In this document: piece after piece, positions 8,208-17,005 of the stretch | How the letters are laid out: each line of letters starts with the position of its first letter | Numbering within the stretch: the first letter of the stretch is position 1 | Origin: an uncultured Gammaproteobacteria bacterium | Lineage (GTDB): Bacteria > Pseudomonadota > Gammaproteobacteria > Steroidobacterales > UBA11654 | Direction: 5' to 3' | NCBI GenBank assembly: GCA_964008355.1 | Contig: CAXGBD010000003.1 | Location: 1-38,301, forward strand | Length of the DNA stretch: 38,301 nt | Notes under the pieces: generated by a model | What the model was told of the DNA's origin: nothing | The model's database searches: none | The model's input: the letters and a program-made list of their open reading frames with translations, nothing else | Program-made: the position numbers and the translations under genes

Positions 8208-9492
8208 CGCTGCCTTCACTATAGTCAATCATTAGAAAAAATATAATGCCAATTAATGCGAAAACAGCTCCACTAGATAATGCGATTATCCATCCAAATT
8301 TAGAAACTAGAATTGGTATCAGTGGAGTTGAAATTACTCCCCCGAGGTTACCACCTGTATTCAAAATACCGCCGGCTGCTTGGGCACGTTTTCTAGAGAC
8401 AAAGTTTATACTTGACCAATAGGGTCCTTCAGTCATCTCAATGAATCCGAAGCAAAGAGAAAGGTAGATCACTGCAACAACAGGATCCTCAGTTAAGGCG
8501 CCTAAAATTAAGAAGATTCCTGATGGAATAAGCCCCAAAATAATGGGCACACGATGGCTAAAGCTCGTGCTATATTTTTTCTGTAGCTGGTCACATAATA
8601 GCCCACCCAAGCCTGCACCCAGAGCACCAGCAAGAAATGGTAAACTTGCAAAAAAACCACCTTCCAGAAGTGAAAATCCTTTTTCATTAACAAGGTAGAT
8701 ATATATCCAAGAGAAGAAAATATAAAAAGTATAATTCATACAAAGATAACTGAGCCCTAGAAGTAGAACATTCTTATCTTTAGCAACTTTTTTAATCTGT
8801 GGCCATTTCATTGGAGAAATCTTTGGCGGTTTCCCAATATGATTTAATTCTTCTTGATTTACCTTAGGGTGCTCATTGGGCCAGTCAGTTGAATACCTGT
8901 GCCAAAACCAGGCAGTTAATATTCCTAGAATAGAAATTAGAAAAAATGACGATTGCCAGTCAGTGTAATATATGATCCAAGTGATGATTAGCGGAGTAAA
9001 CGAGGCCCCTATTGCTATGCCTGTTGATGTTAAACCTAGAGGAAAAGCCCACGATCCTTTCGGAAACCATCTCCGGACCACGCCACCCCCCAAGGCAGGC
9101 ATTAATGGTCCTTGAGAAACCCCAATAAAGAAACGACTCATCATTATTAATCCAATTAAATAAATGATAGAGATGTCACTAAATACCAAAAGACCAGCTA
9201 GAATGGTTGCGAGTGTGCTGCCGATCATTGAAAGTGTTACGGTTTTTTTCGGTCCAATGATTTCAGCTAAGATTCCACCTGGAAATTGGAATATCGTATA
9301 ACCCCAAATAAAAGCTGAAAGCATCCAACCCATTTGGATTTGGGTTATTTCTAGATCTTGCATCATAAAATTACCAACAACTGATAAATTTGTCCTCAAG
9401 ACATAGGCTGTAAACCCACAAAAAATAATTGCAGCAAGAATTTTCCAGCGGGTATTGCTGGGTTTTATGATACTGTCCAAATTAATATCCAA
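8197..9492 (-). CDS. MFS transporter, anion:cation symporter (ACS; DgoT/GudP-like) family
   Basis: Y.LRTNLSV, SAFIWGYTIFQFPGG, RWFP, NTGGNLGG; about 12 hydrophobic segments; TTG start. Confidence 0.85.
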   Translation of the reverse strand: MDINLDSIIKPSNTRWKILAAIIFCGFTAYVLRTNLSVVGNFMMQDLEITQIQMGWMLSAFIWGYTIFQFPGGILAEIIGPKKTVTLSMIGSTLATILAGLLVFSDISIIYLIGLIMMSRFFIGVSQGPLMPALGGGVVRRWFPKGSWAFPLGLTSTGIAIGASFTPLIITWIIYYTDWQSSFFLISILGILTAWFWHRYSTDWPNEHPKVNQEELNHIGKPPKISPMKWPQIKKVAKDKNVLLLGLSYLCMNYTFYIFFSWIYIYLVNEKGFSLLEGGFFASLPFLAGALGAGLGGLLCDQLQKKYSTSFSHRVPIILGLIPSGIFLILGALTEDPVVAVIYLSLCFGFIEMTEGPYWSSINFVSRKRAQAAGGILNTGGNLGGVISTPLIPILVSKFGWIIALSSGAVFALIGIIFFLMIDYSEGSDES

Positions 9493-9499
9493 TTTTTAT

Positions 9500-9529
9500 T
9501 AATTGATCAATTATACTCATGTGAAGTAT
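9500..9529. promoter_or_regulatory. Adjacent palindromes in a 44-bp divergent intergenic region
   Basis: Perfect 14-bp palindrome TAATTGATCAATTA (9500-9513) abutting ATACT-N7-AGTAT (9513-9529); overlaps a minus-strand TATAAT at 9515-9510. Confidence 0.4.
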
Positions 9530-9536
9530 CTTTTTA

Positions 9537-10283
9537 GTGGTGGATTCAAAACAAAAATTAAATATCTTGCTACTCCAGATCAGAGATGATCAGGAAGTTC
9601 GTTTTGAGGAGCATGAAAGTTTTGCTAACTATAGCAATCTGGATATAAACCAAATTGACATTCTGAATGTCTTTGACACACCTGCATTCAAGGTTGATGT
9701 GGTCAAAGATTATGATGCCCTATTTGTCGGTGGGGCCAGTGAGGCAAATGTTTTGCAACCAGAAATATACCCATTTATCCAAGACTCTATTAATTTGATT
9801 GAATATTGTGCACAACAGAAAATCCCTACTTTTGCATCTTGTTTTGGTTTTCAGCTGGCAGTTCTGGCTTTCGGTGGAACAGTTCTGGATAAGGACAGGG
9901 ATTATGAGCTTGGTACGGTAAATATTACTCTGACCAGCAGCGCTGGTTCTGATCCTGTGTTTGAAGGGATTGATAATGAATTTTTTGCAGTATCGGTACA
10001 CCGGCAATATTCCAGAAATGTTCCGGGTTGCCTGGAGGTTCTTGCTTATACGGATCAGTGCATACATAGTTTTAAACATAAAGAGGCTCCTTTGTGGGCC
10101 TTTCAATTTCATCCTGAGGTAGACAGAGAAACTCTGGTAAAACGATTAACTATTTTCAGTCACAAATACACTGAGAACAAAGCCCATTTAAAAAAAGTTC
10201 TAGATTCAGCTGTAGAAACTCCTGAATCAAATTATCTAGTGCAAAACTTTGTTAACAATGTTTTGCAAAAAAATAAACCGTGA
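9537..10283 (+). CDS. Stand-alone class I glutamine amidotransferase (GuaA-like GATase1)
   Basis: Nucleophile elbow ASCFGFQ and FQFHPE (Cys-His-Glu triad); no synthase domain. Confidence 0.85.
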   Translation: MVDSKQKLNILLLQIRDDQEVRFEEHESFANYSNLDINQIDILNVFDTPAFKVDVVKDYDALFVGGASEANVLQPEIYPFIQDSINLIEYCAQQKIPTFASCFGFQLAVLAFGGTVLDKDRDYELGTVNITLTSSAGSDPVFEGIDNEFFAVSVHRQYSRNVPGCLEVLAYTDQCIHSFKHKEAPLWAFQFHPEVDRETLVKRLTIFSHKYTENKAHLKKVLDSAVETPESNYLVQNFVNNVLQKNKP

Positions 10284-10654
10284 CAGATTGGAAAAACAAT
10301 GGAGTCATTTATTTCTTTGTAAAGACCTATGATGCCTTTCTAAACTCTTTAAGAGGAATATTTAGGGCGCTTAAGGAGGAATACGCTTTCCAAGTGGAGT
10401 TCATTCTTTCTCTTTTCTTAATCCCAGCGTCTTTTTTTATTGGCAAAGATATTTTGGAAATTGTTCTTTTAATAGGAAGTACACTTTTGATTTTAATTGT
10501 TGAATTACTCAATACTGCCATTGAGACGATTCTGAATAGAATTAGTGTAGAAGAGAATGATCTGACTAAGTATGCTAAGGATGCAGCATCAGGAGCAGTT
10601 TTATTTTCCTTAATCCTCTGGCTAATTATATGGTCACTGGTTTTGATTTATTAG
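10280..10654 (+). CDS. dgkA: Diacylglycerol kinase
   Basis: E.AFQVE, VELLNTAIE, AKDAASGAV; three TM helices; GTGA overlap with the upstream gene. Confidence 0.92.
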   Translation: MTDWKNNGVIYFFVKTYDAFLNSLRGIFRALKEEYAFQVEFILSLFLIPASFFIGKDILEIVLLIGSTLLILIVELLNTAIETILNRISVEENDLTKYAKDAASGAVLFSLILWLIIWSLVLIY

Positions 10655-10668
10655 AACAGATAAAGTTC

Positions 10669-11727
10669 CTAGCCTGAGATTTCTTTGATTAATTCTAAGG
10701 CTGTTTTATCACAATCAGGTAAGGCTGCATCTGATGTTTTAATTGATGTTACTTTAGAACCCCAGTCGATAACTGCTGCAGCTCCAGTAAGACCTCCTCC
10801 GAATGCCAATAGAAGTATTTTTGAATTAGGCTTAACTTGACCTTTTTCAATCGCTTCTGTTAAAGCAATCGGTATTGAGCCAGCTGATGTATTGCCATAT
10901 TTCTGAAGATTTATAATCATTTTTTCCATTGGAAAATTACACTTTTTAGCTGTAGCTTCTAGAATCCTCAAATTAGCTTGATGTGGGATGCAAAGGTCAA
11001 TATCTTCAATTGTAAGATTTGCCTCTGTCAACGCTTCTTCTGCAAGTCTAGCCATGGTTTTGACAGCATTTTTGAAAACTTCTTGGCCAGCAAAACTGAT
11101 GCCAAAAAAATAACCCTCTTTAGGATCTTTTAGTTCCATACTAGAACCAAAGTTGGTGACCATCAATGCTTCACCAAGAAATGGATTACAGGTTAATTTT
11201 GATGAATGAAGCTTTGAATCAGTCTCTACTGATTCAATCAGTACAGCACCTGCTCCATCACCAAACAACACAGCAGAGTCTCTTTCCGTCCAGTCCAGAA
11301 AGAAGCTGACTTTTTCTCCACCAACAAGCAGTATATTTTTCATTACTCCTGAGTTAATTAATGAATAAGCTGTTGTCAGACCATAAACAAAACCTGAACA
11401 GGCTGAATTAAAATCGAAAGCAGCTGCAGTTTTATTTCCAATATTTTTCTGAATTCTTGAGGCTGTGCTTGGAACGATATACTCTGGTGTGCAAGTGGCC
11501 ATCATCACCGCTTCGATGTCTTGAGGATCTTTGTTAGCACTTGCGAGGGCATGCTGAGCAGCGACAGTGCCCATATCACTTATACTTACATGAGCAATTC
11601 TTCTTTCTCTGACACCAGTTCGAGAGGTAATCCATTCATCATTGGTATCGAGGATAGTTGACAAATCATCGTTTGTTAATATTGAAGGCGGGACGCACTT
11701 ACCCCAACCTGTAACTTCTATCCCCAT
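10669..11727 (-). CDS. fabH: 3-oxoacyl-ACP synthase III (long form with C-terminal extension)
   Basis: DTNDEWITSRTG, NSACSGF (Cys), FGDGAGA, PHQAN (His), YGNTS (Asn), AFGGGLT. Confidence 0.92.
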   Translation of the reverse strand: MGIEVTGWGKCVPPSILTNDDLSTILDTNDEWITSRTGVRERRIAHVSISDMGTVAAQHALASANKDPQDIEAVMMATCTPEYIVPSTASRIQKNIGNKTAAAFDFNSACSGFVYGLTTAYSLINSGVMKNILLVGGEKVSFFLDWTERDSAVLFGDGAGAVLIESVETDSKLHSSKLTCNPFLGEALMVTNFGSSMELKDPKEGYFFGISFAGQEVFKNAVKTMARLAEEALTEANLTIEDIDLCIPHQANLRILEATAKKCNFPMEKMIINLQKYGNTSAGSIPIALTEAIEKGQVKPNSKILLLAFGGGLTGAAAVIDWGSKVTSIKTSDAALPDCDKTALELIKEISG

Positions 11728-11756
11728 GTATTTTTCCTCTAAAGAAGTTACTTATA

Positions 11757-12815
11757 CTACACTGATTCTTTTAATACTCCCAAACGTTCTTGCAACTTCG
11801 TACTGGTAGTAGAATATTGAACATGAACCTTTTTTCCTGGTTCAATGATAGCCTTAGCGGCAAAGGCAGCCATGGCAGCTTCATGGCAACCACTTAGTAT
11901 CAATTTCTTTTTGCCTGGATATTTGGCTATATCGCCAATTGCAAAAATACCATCCTGATTTGTTTGACAATTCTCTGGATTAACATTAATTGATTTTTTT
12001 GTTATCTCCAGTCCCCAATTTGCTATTGGTCCTAATTTTGCAGAAAGACCAAAGAACACTAGCAGTTGATCTGCATCTATATTGATTTCTTTGTCTGGTG
12101 TAGATATGACAATCGAATTTAATGAATCTTGATTAGAATCAAAACTTTTCAATGTCCCAAATTCTATAAGATTGAGTTGATTCGATGCTTCCAATTTTTT
12201 CATCTTATCAATTGAATGTTGAGCACCCCTGAAAGTTGCAGAACGATGAACCAAGGTCACTGTTCCACCAGAGTTCTGAAAATCTTTTGAGGATACAAAA
12301 TCTATAGCCCAATCAAGCGCTGTATCCCCTCCTCCAAATATTACAAGTTTTTGTCCTAAAAAATTGTCTTTTTCCCGAATTTTATAGTGGAGCCATTTGT
12401 CTTCAAATTGCTCAATGTTCTCCAACGCCATTTTTTTAGGTTGGAAGGAACCTACCCCACCAGCGATGAAAATAGTCTTGGTTACAAAACAGCTATCTCC
12501 GCTGGTCGTGATTTTGTAACCTTCTTCATTTTTCTCAACCATGGTTACTTCCTCACCTAACTCTACAGTGGGATTGAACGGTTTTATTTGAAGATAGAGT
12601 TGGTCAACTAGTTCTTGTCCAGTACACTCAAGAATTCCAGGCATGTCATAGAGTGGTTTATCTGGATAGAGTTCTGCACACTGACCTCCAATATTTGGAA
12701 GACTGTCAATCAGGACTGAGTTTACCCCCAACAGTCCTAATTCAAATACCTGAAAAAGGCCACAAGGGCCTGCACCGATAACGACTGCATCTGTTTTCTG
12801 TAACGTTTCATCCAT
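11757..12815 (-). CDS. TrxB-like ferredoxin-NADP+ reductase (YumC type)
   Basis: IGAGPCG, GGQCAELYPDKP.YD, GGGDTALDW, IFAIGD, YPGKKKLILSG; no CxxC, so not a true thioredoxin reductase. Confidence 0.85.
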   Translation of the reverse strand: MDETLQKTDAVVIGAGPCGLFQVFELGLLGVNSVLIDSLPNIGGQCAELYPDKPLYDMPGILECTGQELVDQLYLQIKPFNPTVELGEEVTMVEKNEEGYKITTSGDSCFVTKTIFIAGGVGSFQPKKMALENIEQFEDKWLHYKIREKDNFLGQKLVIFGGGDTALDWAIDFVSSKDFQNSGGTVTLVHRSATFRGAQHSIDKMKKLEASNQLNLIEFGTLKSFDSNQDSLNSIVISTPDKEINIDADQLLVFFGLSAKLGPIANWGLEITKKSINVNPENCQTNQDGIFAIGDIAKYPGKKKLILSGCHEAAMAAFAAKAIIEPGKKVHVQYSTTSTKLQERLGVLKESV

Positions 12816-13788
12816 GTTGCATTAATCCATTGAGTTCAGAGTATATAGGGGTTAGCAAGTTATTAATTTGTAAATTCCAATTCAGACCTTTTCCCTTTAA
12901 TAAATGCTGTCTCATATTAGCTATTTCGTTTAAATAATTGAAACACTTTTCATAATTAAGTTTGGAATCAATAAATTGTTCTAAGGATTGAGGGATATAT
13001 TTTTCTTCGATCTCTGTCTTGATTAATGATCTGGTGATTAAATTTGATATTAAAACATAGAGAATTTTTAATGCAATTTCTAAGTCTGCTTTTACCCATA
13101 TTGTTGCAATCTCTGAGGGTTTAGATTTTTTTAGTATCAAGGCATTAATATCCTTGATAGTGCTATTGATCTTTGCATTTAAAAATTCATAACCAAGTTC
13201 ACTGAATAAGAGAGGAAGCGAACCAAACAAGTCAATAATTTCTTTCCAATTCTCCTCGGTTTGATTGTTATTTAGCCATTGGATTGTTTCCTCAGCAGTT
13301 GGTTTTTTTACATTATGATTTTGCATCCTACTAACAACAGTATCAGGTAGCTTTTTTGCAGATTCTGTTATTAAAATCAACAGTGTTTCATCTGGAGGTT
13401 CTTCTAGAATCTTCAATAAACTATTTGCAGCAGACAAGGTCATGGATTCTGCAGGATAAATAATACCCACTTTTCCATTACCTTGGTGACTAGTTAGTTC
13501 TAGAGAGGATTTTAATGATCTTATTTTATCGATGGAAATACTTGTTTTATTCTCTTCAGGGCAGATCAAGTTGCAATCTGGATGAAATATGTCCAATTGA
13601 TTTTCCTGATTTATTTTGATTTTAAGTTTGTCCGTATTTAGAAAATCTCCTGCTAATTCAAATGCCATTATTCTTTTTCCGATTCCGGGAGGACCAATCA
13701 GCAGGATGCCATGGGCATTGTCATGTTTCTTTACTAGACTGGATAATTTTTGATAATCCGGAAAAAGCCATGTTAGCGTATCAATCAT
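12808..13788 (-). CDS. holB: DNA polymerase III delta-prime subunit
   Basis: GPPGIGK, HPD, I.IDKIR, AANSLLKILEEPP, LPDTVVSR; directly downstream of tmk. Confidence 0.9.
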   Translation of the reverse strand: MIDTLTWLFPDYQKLSSLVKKHDNAHGILLIGPPGIGKRIMAFELAGDFLNTDKLKIKINQENQLDIFHPDCNLICPEENKTSISIDKIRSLKSSLELTSHQGNGKVGIIYPAESMTLSAANSLLKILEEPPDETLLILITESAKKLPDTVVSRMQNHNVKKPTAEETIQWLNNNQTEENWKEIIDLFGSLPLLFSELGYEFLNAKINSTIKDINALILKKSKPSEIATIWVKADLEIALKILYVLISNLITRSLIKTEIEEKYIPQSLEQFIDSKLNYEKCFNYLNEIANMRQHLLKGKGLNWNLQINNLLTPIYSELNGLMQHG

Positions 13789-14407
13789 GATGGTTAATTA
13801 TTGCCTTTAAGTATTTTTTTATTTCAAGCTGGACATCTTCCAAAGGTTTTGAAGCATCAATTACTTTGATCCTATCATTATAACGGCGTGCAGTATCAAG
13901 GTAGCCGTTTCTAACTTTCTCAAAGAAATCAGTTGTCTCAGATTCAAATCGATCATTTTGATTTAGTTTTTTTCTGCTTCGTATGATCTTCACAGGAGCA
14001 TCTAACAAGAAAGTAATATCGGGTTCAAAATTTTTTAGGATAATTTCTTTAAAATTCTCAACACACTGGTAACCTAGTTCTCTGCCAAATCCTTGATAAG
14101 CAATGCTAGCATCAGTGAAACGATCACAAACGACCCAAGTCCCTTCTTTTAATGCAGGTTTAATTACTTGTTCGGTATTGGCTTCTCTTGCAGCAAATAG
14201 TAGGAGTAACTCAATTAAAGGAGTGATATTTTTTTTCTCCTCAAATAATAGCATGTTTCTTATTTTCTCTCCTAAGACCGTCCCTCCGGGTTCTCTAGTT
14301 TGATGGGTTTTGATTCCATATTTGCTGAGATATTGAACAATAAACTTTGCATTGGTGGTTTTACCAACACACTCAATTCCTTCAATTGTTATAAAAAAAC
14401 CCGACAT
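13781..14407 (-). CDS. tmk: Thymidylate kinase
   Basis: ITIEGIECVGKTT P-loop, TREPGGT, CDRFTDASIAYQG, DRFE. Start placed at ATG 14407 (MSGFF). Confidence 0.95.
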   Translation of the reverse strand: MSGFFITIEGIECVGKTTNAKFIVQYLSKYGIKTHQTREPGGTVLGEKIRNMLLFEEKKNITPLIELLLLFAAREANTEQVIKPALKEGTWVVCDRFTDASIAYQGFGRELGYQCVENFKEIILKNFEPDITFLLDAPVKIIRSRKKLNQNDRFESETTDFFEKVRNGYLDTARRYNDRIKVIDASKPLEDVQLEIKKYLKAIINHHD

Positions 14408-14443
14408 ATCTTTTATCTTCTTGCGGAACACTTACCAAGGCAT

Positions 14444-14471
14444 ACCAATCCTATCATACGAATGGATTGGT
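14444..14471. repeat. Inverted repeat downstream of acpP
   Basis: ACCAATCC-N12-GGATTGGT, an 8-bp perfect stem; no U tract on the coding (minus) strand. Confidence 0.5.
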
Positions 14472-14528
14472 TATCTGTAGATAAAAGTGATTGGCTTTGA
14501 GAGTTTTTTAGTCAGACAAGATACTGGA

Positions 14529-14759
14529 TTAACTGTTAGCACTAACGAAATCAATTGCAGCTTGAACAGTTGCAATTTTTTCTGCATCGTCGTCAGGTAT
14601 TTCTATATCAAATTCTTCTTCTAGAGCCATTACAAGCTCGACAGTATCAAGTGAATCTGCACCTAAATCATCTATAAAACTGGACTCGTTAGATATTTCA
14701 TCTTCACCTGATCCAAGTTGTTCGGCAACGATTTTTTTTACCCTTTCTTCAATGCTCAT
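14529..14759 (-). CDS. acpP: Acyl carrier protein
   Basis: [16 protein letters not shown]...[20 protein letters not shown] with the phosphopantetheine Ser; start at ATG 14759. Confidence 0.97.
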   Translation of the reverse strand: MSIEERVKKIVAEQLGSGEDEISNESSFIDDLGADSLDTVELVMALEEEFDIEIPDDDAEKIATVQAAIDFVSANS

Positions 14760-14847
14760 AACTTTCATTCCTCTAAAATTAAAAATTTGGTGTATTCTAT
14801 GCTAATCATACATTTTCTTAAACTATTTTATTTAAAAAAATTTATAG

Positions 14848-15612
14848 CTAAGACATATGCATCCCGCCGTTGATGTGGATTGTTTCACCTGTGATGTAAG
14901 AACCTGAAGATGATGCCAGAAAAAGAGCTGCATTTGCTATATCAATGGGTTCACCAAATCTTTCTAATGGTATTTGTTTCAGTAGAGATTTATTTATTTC
15001 ATCACCAATGTCTTTTGTCATATCGGTGATGATATAACCCGGTGCAATGGTATTGACTGTGACCCCTCTGGAGCCCACTTCTCTAGCTAATGATTTTGTT
15101 AAACCAACGAGTCCTGCTTTAGCAGCACTATAATGTGCGTGACCAATAGCCCCTGTTGTTCCTTGTATTGAGCCAATGTTTATAATCCTTCCATGTCTCT
15201 TTTTTAGCATAGGGCCAATGACGGCTTTGCACAGAAAAAACGCAGAAGATAGATTAGTTGAAATCATTTTCTCCCAATCTTCGTCTTTAATTCTCATTAA
15301 AAGATTTTCCAAACTAATTCCAGCATTATTGACTAGAATGGATGGCATTAAGTCTAATTTCTTAAGTTCTTTTATTTGATTCGATATTTGTCCTGATTGA
15401 GAAATATCTAGAACGATTCCGTGGCCTTTTAGGCCAACATTGGAAAGATTTGTTGTAATTCTTTCCGCACCTTCCTGTGTAGTGGCTGTTCCTATGACTA
15501 TTGATCCAGCTCTTGCAAACACTTCTGCAATACTATTACCAATTCCTCTAGTGGCACCAGTAATCAAAGAGATCTCACCCTTGAGATTTAGGTTTTTATT
15601 AGTATTTGTCAT
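14848..15612 (-). CDS. fabG: 3-oxoacyl-ACP reductase
   Basis: TGATRGIG, LVNNAGI, YSAAK, TVNTIAPGYI.TDMT, YITGETIHINGG; directly upstream of acpP. Confidence 0.92.
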   Translation of the reverse strand: MTNTNKNLNLKGEISLITGATRGIGNSIAEVFARAGSIVIGTATTQEGAERITTNLSNVGLKGHGIVLDISQSGQISNQIKELKKLDLMPSILVNNAGISLENLLMRIKDEDWEKMISTNLSSAFFLCKAVIGPMLKKRHGRIINIGSIQGTTGAIGHAHYSAAKAGLVGLTKSLAREVGSRGVTVNTIAPGYIITDMTKDIGDEINKSLLKQIPLERFGEPIDIANAALFLASSSGSYITGETIHINGGMHMS

Positions 15613-15634
15613 CAGTAAATTATAACTATATCAG

Positions 15635-16906
15635 TTACCGGTTATCCTCAATTTCCTGGTCATCAATACTGAGAAGTGAAGATGATAGCAAGGCTATGAT
15701 TAATAATAAGCTAATGACGATGAATGGAGTTAAATATCCTTCTGTGCGGTCATATAAGTATCCAGTTAAGAATGGTCCTAATCCACCACCAAAGGTATCC
15801 AATATATTTATAACACCCATAATCTTACCTAAAGATGCAATTCCAAATAAATCTGCACTGAGTAATTGAATCAACGTATATAAACCACCCCAACCAAAAC
15901 CATAAAACCCAAGCCCAATCCAGACAAATAAAGGATTACTATAAAGCAGAGCCAAGACAATGAAAATAGAACCCATCAGCATTATGCCTACACCCGATAG
16001 CAAAATCTTTTTTCTACCATAGGTTTCAGCTAATTGACCACTGATCACTTTCCCAATAAAACCACCTAGAAAAATCATTGAAACGCCTGTAGCTGCAACT
16101 TGTGGTGCATAATTTTCTTCTCTTAGCATCAAGAAAACATGGCCAGTCATAGCTAGAATTGAGTAAAAAGTACAGAAAGCCATCAATGATAATAACCAGA
16201 AATTCTTAGCCTTTAATGCTTGTAATAGTGTAAAACTCTTTCCTGTATGGCTTTCTTTACTTTCTTGATCAGTTATTTCCTCAGTGGTGGCTTGTAATTC
16301 TTCGGGACTATCTTTTACAAAAGTTAGTAACAAAGGAATCAAACATAATGGAATATAACTCAACCAGATCATGACTTCTCTCCAGTCCCCTAAAGATAGA
16401 AGATAGGTATTGATTTGAGGAAACAAACCATTTCCTGTACTAGTTCCTGCTAGTAGAATGCCAATGGCAAGTCCTCTACTGTTATTGAACCATCGTGAGA
16501 TCAAGATAACATTGACCAACATTCCTGCAATACAAAGCACTAGGCCCATAAAAATATGAATGATGTACATTTGATTTAATGAGATTGCTTGACTGTATTG
16601 CCAGAAACACAATGAAAGTAAAAGGAGTCCAGAGATCATTAATTTCTTAACGCCGATTTTATCTGCAATCACACCTGCAAAAAAACCAAAAAAAGCGGTT
16701 GACCAAAGGAGGATCGCATCTCTTAATTTAAGATCTGCTCTGAGAACACCCTCCCCTGTGATCTCGCTAAGAGAATTAATAAGTTCTTCTTCAAAAACGT
16801 ATAGTCCACCAAGTGTGAGTCCATTGGTGATAGTGATCAGTAAAAAAGACATCACTAAAATTATCCAACGGTATTTAAGTGGATCTTTAGGTAAGATACT
16901 GCTCAT
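15635..16906 (-). CDS. MFS transporter (OFA/monocarboxylate-like)
   Basis: G.IADKIG.K motif A, SRWF..SRGLAIG, DLFG..SLGKIMG; about 12 TM segments. Confidence 0.82.
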   Translation of the reverse strand: MSSILPKDPLKYRWIILVMSFLLITITNGLTLGGLYVFEEELINSLSEITGEGVLRADLKLRDAILLWSTAFFGFFAGVIADKIGVKKLMISGLLLLSLCFWQYSQAISLNQMYIIHIFMGLVLCIAGMLVNVILISRWFNNSRGLAIGILLAGTSTGNGLFPQINTYLLSLGDWREVMIWLSYIPLCLIPLLLTFVKDSPEELQATTEEITDQESKESHTGKSFTLLQALKAKNFWLLSLMAFCTFYSILAMTGHVFLMLREENYAPQVAATGVSMIFLGGFIGKVISGQLAETYGRKKILLSGVGIMLMGSIFIVLALLYSNPLFVWIGLGFYGFGWGGLYTLIQLLSADLFGIASLGKIMGVINILDTFGGGLGPFLTGYLYDRTEGYLTPFIVISLLLIIALLSSSLLSIDDQEIEDNR

Positions 16907-16951
16907 AAATTATTAAATCCTTTTTAACTTTAATGAAACATACATTATTCT

Positions 16952-16993
16952 ATTATTACAAGGAAGTATTTTATAATCAGTGTTTGTAATAAT
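16952..16993. promoter_or_regulatory. 10-bp inverted repeat flanking a TATAAT box
   Basis: ATTATTACAA(16952-16961)-N22-TTGTAATAAT(16984-16993), with TATAAT at 16972-16977, in the divergent region between the MFS and the VOC-like gene. Confidence 0.45.
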
Positions 16994-17005
16994 TAGGATC
17001 CGTTA

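Noticed and set aside
11757-12815. Thioredoxin reductase (trxB) call
   Set aside because: No CxxC redox motif; the motifs match ferredoxin-NADP+ reductases.
14300-14500. Possible fabF/mltG remnant or small ORF between acpP and tmk
   Set aside because: No recognisable residual similarity by eye; the listed ORF is antisense to tmk.
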